Assembly: GCA_963790475.1 (NCBI GenBank)
Contig: CAWBOS010000010.1
Coordinates: 416,001-480,000, forward strand
Source of the DNA: an uncultured delta proteobacterium
Lineage (GTDB): Bacteria > Desulfobacterota > RBG-13-43-22
Length of the DNA: 64,000 nt
Direction: 5' to 3'
The notes under the pieces are model-generated. The model did not search any database. It saw only the letters and a program-made list of their open reading frames with translations, and had not been told where the DNA came from. Shown here in pieces: positions 31,088 to 39,599 of the stretch (position 1 is the first letter of the stretch; the number at the start of each line of letters is the position of its first letter). The position numbers were made by a program, and so were the translations under genes.

Positions 31088-31378
31088 TCAACAGCAGGCA
31101 TCTGTCCCGCAGGAAGCCTCTTCCTTCCCTTTGAGCCAGGTTTTAAAGATATAGGCGGCACAACCCACACCCGGGGATAGGTTTATGGCCCCTGTCGGGC
31201 AATTATTCAGGCAGGCGCCGCACTCCATACAGCCGTCATGATCAACGACCCGGACCTTATGGTCATTCATGGCCAAAACCCCGTGAGGGCAAACCAAGGT
31301 ACAGGAACCGCATCCGCTGCAGAGGGATTCATCCAATTTAAGTGTTGAAACACGGGGCAGGTATCTGAATTCTTCCAT
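31088..31378 (-). CDS. hgcB: Mercury methylation ferredoxin HgcB (possibly extended to 31055 by UGA read-through)
   Basis: Two CxxCxxCxxxCP motifs, CMECGAC..NCP, GVGCA, C-terminal CC; directly after hgcA. Confidence 0.93.
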   Translation of the reverse strand: MEEFRYLPRVSTLKLDESLCSGCGSCTLVCPHGVLAMNDHKVRVVDHDGCMECGACLNNCPTGAINLSPGVGCAAYIFKTWLKGKEEASCGTDACC

Positions 31379-31390
31379 AAGAAACTCCTT

Positions 31391-32608
31391 TTAAATGAAT
31401 GGATGGATAAAGGCCGAGGCTACCCAAAAAATAAGTCCGAGTACGGCGGCAGCCGATTGCCAAGGGAGGGCCAAACGCATCTCTTTTTCCACTCCCGACG
31501 GGGAAGTATAAGGGGTACAGCCGGTAAAATTCATGGCCAGATAGGAACTAAGAGTGACGATCAACAAGAGTAAAGCTACAGACGACAAAACATCCATGGG
31601 ATTGAGATAGAAAATGATCAGCACCAACCCGAAAAATAAACCGGTTATAGCCCCTTTCGAGGAAAATGCCCGGAAAGGAACCCAGGGCAACAAGGCCGGC
31701 GTGAGAACCGTTCCACTGACTACACCCAGGATAACCGAAACGGCGGCCATAAAACCTCTGTGCCAAAGGCCGGACAAAGAGAAGAAACCGGGACCGATCC
31801 CGGATAAGATATATAGGATCAATAAAACCAGCAGAAGGGGCTTTACGGCCTGGCTGACCTCTACCGGCGTCAGAACCAATCTTTCCGGAAGGGTGAAGGT
31901 CACCAGACGCATGGACTTATCCGCCTGAAAATGAGCGGAGAGGAAGGCCTTGATATCCCGTGCCCGGACAGGTCCCCAGATCACCTCAAACCCGCAGCCC
32001 CTTTTCACTTTAAGGGCAGAAACCCCGGTGGCGGAAAGCTGGGGCAGGATAAGTTTTCTGTGTGAAACGATCTTTTCCAGATTGGTCTTTCTTGCCCGGT
32101 TGATGACTTCTTCACTGGAAAAATTCTTTTTACCGGCCGCACACCAGACATTGACCCCCCTGGTATCCAGGACCAATAACCAGGCATTTAAACCGGTCAT
32201 TTCCTTCCTCAGGGTATCAAAGCTGAGTTTATAGTTGGCCGTGACCAGGACGATCGAATCCGGATCCGGACGGCCCAGGGCGTACAACCCCGGAGCAACC
32301 TTGTAGTCGTTCCGTCGGAATCCAACCCTCACCCCAAAGGAGCCCAACAGATCCCGTCTGTCCAAACGAGTTTTGATCCTGGGCACAGGGCCAATAGGCG
32401 TAGTAATAAAATCCTCCACATAAGACGAGATTCGGTATCCCGGTTTTTCAAAGAGATTGCTCCCGGGACCTTGTTTGGGTCCACAGCACACCTCGTCAAG
32501 TTCTTCGGGAGGGGTAAACATGGGTAGGAGCCGATCTTTTAATTTGAGACCGGTAGGATTCTCCCAGGGAGAACAGAAAGCTGGGTTGGATTGATTTTTT
32601 TCGGTCAC
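31391..32608 (-). CDS. hgcA: Mercury methylation corrinoid protein HgcA
   Basis: Cap-helix GVNVWCAAGK, VTANYKLSFD, PQLSATGV, C-terminal TM helices, MNFTGCTPYTSPSGVEKEM. Confidence 0.95.
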   Translation of the reverse strand: MTEKNQSNPAFCSPWENPTGLKLKDRLLPMFTPPEELDEVCCGPKQGPGSNLFEKPGYRISSYVEDFITTPIGPVPRIKTRLDRRDLLGSFGVRVGFRRNDYKVAPGLYALGRPDPDSIVLVTANYKLSFDTLRKEMTGLNAWLLVLDTRGVNVWCAAGKKNFSSEEVINRARKTNLEKIVSHRKLILPQLSATGVSALKVKRGCGFEVIWGPVRARDIKAFLSAHFQADKSMRLVTFTLPERLVLTPVEVSQAVKPLLLVLLILYILSGIGPGFFSLSGLWHRGFMAAVSVILGVVSGTVLTPALLPWVPFRAFSSKGAITGLFFGLVLIIFYLNPMDVLSSVALLLLIVTLSSYLAMNFTGCTPYTSPSGVEKEMRLALPWQSAAAVLGLIFWVASAFIHPFI

Positions 32609-32651
32609 AAGAGTCTCCTTTTTTTTCTTATTGGACCAAGGGAGGAAAGAG

Positions 32652-32963
32652 TCATAACTCGGCCGCCATTTTCTTGAATTGATCGAACATTTCCTGATTC
32701 AGGCAATAACAGGTCCTCGGCCCATCGACCTCACCTCGAATCAGATCGGCTTCTTTTAAAACCTTCAGATGTTGGCTAACCGTGGATTGAGATAAGGGCA
32801 AGGTGTCCACAATCGTACCGCAAATACATTGATCGACCTTTTTGAGGTATTGGATGATCTTGAGCCGGGCCGGGTGGCACAAAGCCTTACAGAGGCAGGC
32901 AAAGGTCTCCCTGTCTCCTCGGATTTTTTTGTTTCTTATAGAGATCATTTTCTTTTTAGCCAT
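32652..32963 (-). CDS. ArsR/SmtB-family regulator upstream of hgcAB
   Basis: CKALCHPARLKI, CICG, LSQSTVSQHLKVLKEA, GPRTCYC. Confidence 0.9.
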   Translation of the reverse strand: MAKKKMISIRNKKIRGDRETFACLCKALCHPARLKIIQYLKKVDQCICGTIVDTLPLSQSTVSQHLKVLKEADLIRGEVDGPRTCYCLNQEMFDQFKKMAAEL

Positions 32964-32983
32964 TGAAATTGTTTCTCCATTTC

Positions 32984-33028
32984 ATTAATCGTTTATCGTA
33001 GATTAACGATTAATTGGCCTTTTGTCAA
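32984..33028 (-). promoter_or_regulatory. Sigma-70 promoter overlapped by a palindromic operator for arsR-hgcAB
   Basis: TTGACA(33028-33023)-17-TAATCT(33005-33000); palindrome ATTAATCGTT-tATCgtaGATt-AACGATTAAT at 32984-33014. Confidence 0.75.
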
Positions 33029-33268
33029 GAGAAGAAATTGTCTGGGACGATTTTAATTGACTCTCAAATATTTAAGACCGGGTTAAAGAGAGGTGGCAGA
33101 ATGTCTAATCAGCAGGTGAAGTGGAATTTCCAGGAAGGCCCATTCCACCGTTATTCTGGAGTTAAATTCGATCACATTGGGAAAAGGTAACTCCGCAATA
33201 GATCAAACAGAAGGCCGAGGCCGGGTATATCCAATCCCGGCCCCGGCGGTTCTTGCCTCCCAGAGGGA

Positions 33269-33964
33269 CTATCTCCTTATCGTGGGCTGGACGGTTCTCT
33301 GCTTTTTCACCGGCTGCTTTTTTCTGCAGTCGGCTTCGGCGGCTTTCAGGCCATTCCTCGCCGGCAGGTAATCGGGGTCCAGGGCCAAGGCCTGTTTATA
33401 GGCAGTGATGGCTGGTTTGCAGAAGTGTTCCCTTTGCTCGATCTCTCCCAGACAGTAATAAATTTCCGGGAGTTTACTTCCGAGCATTCTGGCTAGTTTT
33501 AAATGATTTTCCGACTCGTCAAATTTTTTCTGATGAAACCGATTCAGTCCCAGGGCCTCCCGGGCGGACAGATTATTGGGTTCAAGCTTAACGGCTTCCT
33601 CAAAGGCCGCTTCGGCTTCGCTGGCCTTGTTCAGCTTTTCGTAGGACTGCCCAAGGGCGAAGTAGGCGTTGAAGTATTTGCCGTCCTTTTTCAGGGCTTT
33701 TTTGAATTCAACTATGGCGTCTTCGAAATCCCCTTCCGTAAACTCCTTCATGCCTTTGAAGTAGAAGTCCTCAGCACTCTCCTCCTTGGCCTTTTCCTCC
33801 TTTACTTTTTCTTCTTTTTTTTCCTCCTTTTTTTCTTCTTTGTATTTTTCTTCCTTTTTAGCTTTTTCCTCTTTTTTTTCTTCCTTGGATGTGGTGGCAC
33901 AACTGCAGGCAAACAACATTACAAATAATAAAACAGCGCATTTCATCCACTCTCTCTTCATCAT
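33269..33964 (-). CDS. TPR lipoprotein with Lys/Glu-rich linker, copy 1
   Basis: LFACSC lipobox, KEEK repeats, TPRs (AYFALGQSYEKL, AREALG, YYCLGEI). Confidence 0.85.
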   Translation of the reverse strand: MMKREWMKCAVLLFVMLFACSCATTSKEEKKEEKAKKEEKYKEEKKEEKKEEKVKEEKAKEESAEDFYFKGMKEFTEGDFEDAIVEFKKALKKDGKYFNAYFALGQSYEKLNKASEAEAAFEEAVKLEPNNLSAREALGLNRFHQKKFDESENHLKLARMLGSKLPEIYYCLGEIEQREHFCKPAITAYKQALALDPDYLPARNGLKAAEADCRKKQPVKKQRTVQPTIRR

Positions 33965-34011
33965 GCCCTCCTCTTGTGAAATTATTATAGGTTTGTACCA
34001 GGATGAACCGA

Positions 34012-34040
34012 ATATTAAATAGACAGGAAATGATAGTCAA
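34012..34040 (-). promoter_or_regulatory. Sigma-70 promoter, TPR copy 1
   Basis: TTGACT-17-TAATAT. Confidence 0.55.
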
Positions 34041-34068
34041 GGATAAATTCATGGTAAAATAGCATAGT

Positions 34069-34179
34069 TGGCCTGCAGGATAAATCCCTTCAATTAAATC
34101 TCATGATCAATAACCGCTGCGGGGCTACGCCTCCCTGATCGCCCGCCGGATCGCCGAGGCATTAACCGCGCCCTCGTAA
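34069..34179 (+). pseudogene. Possible 3' remnant of a DUF72-like gene
   Basis: With one frameshift reads ..LNLMINNRCG-GYASLIARRIAEALTAPS*, resembling the NNR.GG.APLIA C-terminus of that family (recognised from memory only). Confidence 0.3.
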
Positions 34180-34254
34180 CCAGGTGAACCAAAAGGCGTT
34201 TTGGTTTTAGAACGTAATACCGTCTATCACCTGTTATTGCTTCCTCTTTTCTCC

Positions 34255-34283
34255 TTGACTACCCCTTCTTTCCTATTTAATAT
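34255..34283 (+). promoter_or_regulatory. Sigma-70 promoter, TPR copy 2
   Basis: TTGACT-17-TAATAT, homologous to the copy 1 promoter. Confidence 0.55.
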
Positions 34284-34404
34284 CCGTACTGTTCTAGGCG
34301 GAAAGTTTTCAAACAGGTTGGTAGGATCAAGAATTTTAGGAATGGCAGGAGCCGGGAGGTCGGGTGGCTGGAGACCTAAGAAAGAGTCAGGGAAGGGGGA
34401 CATT

Positions 34405-35121
34405 ATGAAAAGAAGAGGGACCAAGACGGCCTTTTTATCAATCCTGATGCTAATGGTTTGCAGTTGCGCCACTGCGCCCAAGGCGGAAAAATCAGACAAA
34501 GCTATTCTTGAGAAGAGTGATGAAAAAAAAATAGAGAAAAGTGAGGAGAAAGGTCTCGAAAAAAATGATGAGAAGGCTATCAGAAAATTAGCTAGGGAAA
34601 TCGCTAAGGATAGATCCACGGACTTCTACCTGAAAGGGATGACGGAGTTTAACGAAGGGGACTTTAAGGATGCTATTATAGCCTTTAATAAAGCCGTGGG
34701 TGAGAATCCTAAAGACTACCAGGCCTATTATGCCCTGGGCCAGTCCTACGAGAAGCTGAACAAGGCCCAAGAAGCGGAAGCGGCCGGCGAAAGGGCCGTC
34801 AATATCAAATCCGATTACCTGCCCGCCAGAGAAGCCTTGGGACTGCTTTATTTTCACCAGATGAAATTTAAGGAAGCGGAACCGCATTTGAAGGAAGCCG
34901 GAACGTTAGGAAGCGAGGTGGTGGAAGTCTACTACGGTTTAGGAGAGATCGAGCAAAGGAAGAACGCCTGCGCAACAGCTATAATCGCCTATACTCAGGC
35001 GCTAAAACTGAATCCGGATTATCTGGCAGCCCGCAATGGTTTGAAAGTCGCAGAAGATAACTGCAGACAAAAGGAGTTGCCGAAGCAAAAGCCTACCCAA
35101 AAGCCGCAGCAACGGCAATAA
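34405..35121 (+). CDS. TPR lipoprotein with Lys/Glu-rich linker, copy 2
   Basis: Start MKRRGTK at 34405 after GGGGGA; VCSC lipobox; paralogous to copy 1 (KGM.EF.EGDF.DAI, ALGQSYEKLNKA, PDYL.ARNGLK). Confidence 0.85.
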   Translation: MKRRGTKTAFLSILMLMVCSCATAPKAEKSDKAILEKSDEKKIEKSEEKGLEKNDEKAIRKLAREIAKDRSTDFYLKGMTEFNEGDFKDAIIAFNKAVGENPKDYQAYYALGQSYEKLNKAQEAEAAGERAVNIKSDYLPAREALGLLYFHQMKFKEAEPHLKEAGTLGSEVVEVYYGLGEIEQRKNACATAIIAYTQALKLNPDYLAARNGLKVAEDNCRQKELPKQKPTQKPQQRQ

Positions 35122-35234
35122 CTAAAGAAGCCCCCCAAGGCTACCCAACCGCGATAAGAGGGGGCTTTAGAAGGTTTAACTCACCGATCCGTCCGGGTTT
35201 CCCATAAGAGTGCAGAACAGCCCCTTGCCGGCTT

Positions 35235-36746
35235 TCAGTCGTTCATTTGGTATTCGCCGTTAAGGGCGAGAACATATTTTTCCCAGACACGCCGGTATTG
35301 AGCCTCGTCTCCCACGGCCCTGATCAACAGGATTTCTTTACAAAAGGCCCTTTGTTCGTCTTTGGTATTGTTCATACCGTAAATCTGCAGGGCGAATGAA
35401 GCGAAATCCCGCACCATGAAATCGAAGATCTGGTTGAGGATATCCTTATCCAGGTTGTCGAACCCGGCCTGTTCGAGGATGAGCTGGCCATAGACTACGA
35501 TAGAAAACATCTCGCCCAAGGGCAAAGAGAATGTGGGATCCATATCCTGGGCCTGGTCCGGATAGGCCCTGACCAGCAACTCCCGGAAGAGTTCGATCTG
35601 GGTGATGAAAGCAGCCACATTGGGCAGACCCTTGAAGGACTCGAAAACAGGTTTATAATCGTGGAACCGGACTTTGCCCAGTCCCTGGCCGGTCCCTGGT
35701 TAAAGAGGAACAGGTCATCCCGGGTTGAAAAATCCGGCATTACCGGGGGATAATTCAGCGGGTCGAAGAAGTAGTTCTTCATAAACTTCCGAATGAGCTG
35801 GATGTTGACATGAACGGTGCCTTCCAGCTTGGACGGACCCCTGATGTCGCTGGCGCCCATGGAGAAATAGGTGTCCTTCTCAAAGCCCTTGGCGGCGATA
35901 ACATCCCAGAGCAGATTGATCACCTCTTCGGCCTGCAGGGTGACCTTCATTTTGCTGGTGGGGTTGTAAAGGAGATATCGCCGGTCCGATGTTGAATTTG
36001 CCGATGTTGACCGTATTGAGTGCCGAATTCCAGGCTTCCGGGCCACGGGAAAGGAGATCGTCCGCGGTGATAGGGTAATCATGGAGGGCGAAGTTGGATA
36101 CATACTCCTGGTGGGAGATGAGGTTCTTCTTCAGCTCATAGGCCTTGTGTCGATAGTTGGTGACGAAAAAGGCGTAGTCATCCGTACCATCCTTGATCTT
36201 CCCCAGAGTGGAGACCATTTCGGCTTCATTGCCGTTGCCGATGTAATACTTTTCTCCGTTGGCCACCCAGGTCCCGTCGCCTTTCGGGGTGAGGGTCGTC
36301 TCTGTCGAATAGAGGTCCGCACCATGGGCTCGTTCGGAGAGCCCAAAAGCAAAAATTGCTCCTTGCTCGAGCAGCATCGCCGCCTTCTGTCCAATCTGTT
36401 CATTTGTACTCATCCAGATAGGGCCCAGGCCAAGGATAGAGACCTGGAAGCAATACCAGTAACCGAGCCCATAAAAGGCCAGGATCTCGCTGAGTTCATT
36501 GTTGCGGGCCGTATCCCAGCGGCAGTCCGGATCCGATCCGCCGTAAGCCCAGGGGGTAAGCATTTTGGCGAAAATCTGTTCCTTTACGATAAAATCGATA
36601 AACTCCTTATACCAGACCTTTTTATTGAAATCCTCAAGGAGCCGCGTCTTCCCCATGGTTTCAAAGAACTGGATGGTCTTGTTCATAATGGCTCTCGAGC
36701 CTTCATCGGTCATGAGGCTGGTGAATTTTTAGGATTGGGGGGGCAT
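35235..36746 (-). pseudogene. Acyl-CoA dehydrogenase pseudogene
   Basis: AFGLSERAHGAD, NGEKYYIGNG, GKFNIG, LEGTVHVN spread over several frames; apparent internal deletion near 35985 and frameshifts near 35685 and 36730. Confidence 0.8.
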
Positions 36747-36781
36747 TGCTGAAGCCCCATTTTCTTAGGGAGGGGGTACCC

Positions 36782-37624
36782 ATGTCTTACTTCCGGTTCC
36801 TTTGTGCGATAATAGGTTCTGTCTTCTTATTCGGATGCTTCCAAACGGATACGGTTATACGCCTCAAACCGGATGGTAGCGGGATTATCGAGGAAACCTT
36901 TATGTTGTCCAATGATTTATTGGAATCCTTCCAGGACCTTTCCAAAGTATTTGCCGAAGAGGACAAAAATATCAAAAACGGAGCCGCGAAAGAAAAGCAG
37001 GACCCCATTCAGGGGATGATTAAAGAAGCCCGGGCGCGGGAAAATCAATATGGCCCTGACGTGAAATTCGTTTCGGCCGTTCCGCTGAAAACTAACACCA
37101 TGGGGGGGTACAAAGCGATCTATGCCTTCAGGGACATTAATACGCTCAAAGTGAATCAGAATCCCGGAAAGAAGGCTGAAAAATCGAGAGTGGGGGAAGA
37201 ACTCCCCGCCAAAGAAGAGAATATCTTATTCAAATTTACAAAAAGGCCGGTATCAACCCTGATCTTGACCATGCCCGAGGATAATGAAAAAAAGAAAACG
37301 CCGGTTGAAAAGAAAGAAGCCCAAGAGAAAAGCCAAAACGACCCCAAGGCCGCGGAACAGATGAAATTATTTTCCAAAGACATGGGAATCAGGATCACTC
37401 TGGAAATAGAAGGCACCATTATCAGAACCAATGCCACCTATCAAAAAAAGTTCGAAATTACTATCGTCGATCTGCAATTCGGCAAGCTGATCGAAACTCG
37501 GGAAAATTTCGAAAAGATAATAGCAGCCCAACCTAAGACTGTCGAAGAAGCGAAGGAACTGGCTAAAGGAATCGAAGGACTGAAAATCGAGTTGGCCAAT
37601 CCCCTGGTCGTTGAATTCAAATAA
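36782..37624 (+). CDS. Hypothetical lipoprotein
   Basis: GGAGGGGG RBS, LFG-C lipobox, IRLKPDGSG motif. Confidence 0.75.
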   Translation: MSYFRFLCAIIGSVFLFGCFQTDTVIRLKPDGSGIIEETFMLSNDLLESFQDLSKVFAEEDKNIKNGAAKEKQDPIQGMIKEARARENQYGPDVKFVSAVPLKTNTMGGYKAIYAFRDINTLKVNQNPGKKAEKSRVGEELPAKEENILFKFTKRPVSTLILTMPEDNEKKKTPVEKKEAQEKSQNDPKAAEQMKLFSKDMGIRITLEIEGTIIRTNATYQKKFEITIVDLQFGKLIETRENFEKIIAAQPKTVEEAKELAKGIEGLKIELANPLVVEFK

Positions 37625-37625
37625 A

Positions 37626-38168
37626 TTATTCTGCCGGCTGCAACTCCTTCACCGCTGCCTGAACATAGGCCTGATAGGCCTGGTTTCCGAAAAGGACAAA
37701 TCCCACCCGGTCAAAAACCGGATTTCCCCTGATATAGTCAGTTACGGTTTTTACGGCGATCCGGGCGGCTTCATCCAAAGGATAGCCGTAAGCGCCGGTG
37801 CTGAGAGAAGGAAAGGCCACGGTGCGAATTCTTTTTTTTTGGGCCAGCTTCAGACTTTCCCGATAAGCGGAGGCTAACAGTCGGACTTCTTCGTGGTTTC
37901 CACCCTGATAAATGGGTCCGACGGTGTGAATGACATATTTGGCTTTGAGGTTGCCCCCGGTGGTGATCACCGCCTCTCCGGTGGGGCAGCCGCCGATCTT
38001 ACGGGATTCCTCCATAATAGCCGGTCCTCCGGCCCGATGGATCGCCCCGTCCACTCCGCCCCCTCCGGCCAAACGGGTATTAGCGGCATTGACAATGGCC
38101 TCGGTTTCCTGATGGGTGAGGTCTCCTTCTTCCAAGAAGAAAATGGTTTTACCTAATTTAAATTTCAT
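37626..38168 (-). CDS. Macro-domain O-acetyl-ADP-ribose deacetylase (YmdB-like)
   Basis: GDLT, IVNAAN, GGGGVDGAIHRAGG, VIHTVGP, FPSLSTGAYGYP. Confidence 0.92.
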   Translation of the reverse strand: MKFKLGKTIFFLEEGDLTHQETEAIVNAANTRLAGGGGVDGAIHRAGGPAIMEESRKIGGCPTGEAVITTGGNLKAKYVIHTVGPIYQGGNHEEVRLLASAYRESLKLAQKKRIRTVAFPSLSTGAYGYPLDEAARIAVKTVTDYIRGNPVFDRVGFVLFGNQAYQAYVQAAVKELQPAE

Positions 38169-38241
38169 AAAGTATCCTCCTTTCAATGGCTGTAAACCTT
38201 AAGAATAAGTTATTGTCTGATGGGAAAAATTATTCCTCCGT

Positions 38242-39231
38242 TTAAAAAGTCCGTTTAAAAGAAAAATTGAGGATAAAATCCGGAGCCCCTGTCGTATTCA
38301 GATCTTCGGTCAAAGACAGCTCAAAATAACTCCGATCCCGATAATATCTCCCGCCGATGGATAATAACAGGGCCGGATTATCCAGCGAATCGATTCCGGT
38401 TTCGGGGAAGGGAGAGGTTTGGGCCGAGATTTGACCCAAGACTGAAAGCCTTTTCCACGGTTTTGCTTCCACCCCGATCCCTCCATACCAATAGTTTTTA
38501 AGTTCAATCGTCTTTTGAGCCTTTAAATTGCCGGGAATGATATAGCCCAAGTTCCCAGTGGCTTGAAGATACTCGGTTATTTTTTTCTCCACCTGGACCA
38601 GTAAACCCAGGTCAAGGCTGCCGTTCCCATAGCCGGTATCCGGATTGCCGGTAGGCAGTTCGACAGCTCCCTTCAAACTTATCAAAGGTTGGTTGTCCAT
38701 ATTCATTAAAACCTGTTTGGCGGATATTCTCAGGTCTCCGAGCCCGAATTTGCCGCTTTCCCCTTCAACGACTAAGGTGTTGTCCTTTTTGACCTGGTAT
38801 AAAAATTGATTGGCCGGCCGGGAGCTGCGGCCATAATCAGGGAAACCGAAGGTTCTATGATACCATTCTAACCCATTATCCATAAAACCGCTATTGAAAG
38901 AGAGGATAGGCAGTTCCAGGCTTAATTCCAGGGAGTTGGAGATGGTTTTTCTGTATTTAAAGTTGAGCTCGGCCCATTCCATATCCAGGTGAACAGACCA
39001 TTGAGGGCTGTCTCTGAGAAAGAAGATGCTGGAATAGGAAAATTGAATCGAGAAGGAATCCTGGATAGCGGCTGATTCCAATACCGGGGCATTAAGATGA
39101 AGAAATAGAGGGAATTGATTTTTAATTTCCATAGGGCCGGCCAACGGGCCGGCCAAGGGATCAGTAAGCCCGGGGAAAGGATGGATTAATACAAAAAAAA
39201 GGAGGATAATTATACCCAAGGCCGGCTTCAT
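38242..39231 (-). CDS. Exported, probably outer-membrane beta-barrel protein (DUF3187-like)
   Basis: Signal peptide, GFMD..LEWYH.TFG.P, GLGD, ELPTG, terminal Phe. Confidence 0.6.
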   Translation of the reverse strand: MKPALGIIILLFFVLIHPFPGLTDPLAGPLAGPMEIKNQFPLFLHLNAPVLESAAIQDSFSIQFSYSSIFFLRDSPQWSVHLDMEWAELNFKYRKTISNSLELSLELPILSFNSGFMDNGLEWYHRTFGFPDYGRSSRPANQFLYQVKKDNTLVVEGESGKFGLGDLRISAKQVLMNMDNQPLISLKGAVELPTGNPDTGYGNGSLDLGLLVQVEKKITEYLQATGNLGYIIPGNLKAQKTIELKNYWYGGIGVEAKPWKRLSVLGQISAQTSPFPETGIDSLDNPALLLSIGGRYYRDRSYFELSLTEDLNTTGAPDFILNFSFKRTF

Positions 39232-39309
39232 ACCTTGAAGATAGCGGATTTAAGAGGAATTTTCAAACTATTTTGGAAATTAATTAACCAGTTACAGTTA
39301 TGTTTGTGT

Positions 39310-39338
39310 TTGACAAAGAGCTGAAAATATTTTAAGAT
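39310..39338 (+). promoter_or_regulatory. Sigma-70 promoter for the DUF465-ilv-leu operon
   Basis: TTGACA-17-TAAGAT. Confidence 0.6.
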
Positions 39339-39366
39339 CAGTTCATTCTTTTTTACGGAGTTGACT

Positions 39367-39594
39367 ATGGAAAAGAGAGACGAGGAATTAATTGACCGAC
39401 TTATTCCTGAAAACGAAGAACTTGGAAAGTTGGTTAAGGAGCACAAGGAATTTGAATCTCAGTTGGAAGAATTGAACAAAAGGCTTTATCTTTCCGATGA
39501 GGAAAATCGGGAGAAGAGACGACTTCAAAAAGTAAAACTGGCCGGCCGGGATCGAATTGAGCAGATATTAAGAGACTACCGGGCGAAGAGGTAA
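39367..39594 (+). CDS. DUF465/YdcH-like coiled-coil protein
   Basis: [24 protein letters not shown]; commonly upstream of ilvB in deltaproteobacteria. Confidence 0.75.
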   Translation: MEKRDEELIDRLIPENEELGKLVKEHKEFESQLEELNKRLYLSDEENREKRRLQKVKLAGRDRIEQILRDYRAKR

Positions 39595-39599
39595 AAACC

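Noticed and set aside
32481-32490. Selenocysteine in the HgcA N-terminal extension
   Set aside because: The codons are TGC TGT (Cys-Cys); there is no in-frame TGA.
34201-34404. N-terminal extension of TPR copy 2 (and similar extensions at 9380, 8290, 61186 and 30118)
   Set aside because: Downstream starts have better RBS or lipobox support; the extensions cover promoters, repeats or neighbouring genes.
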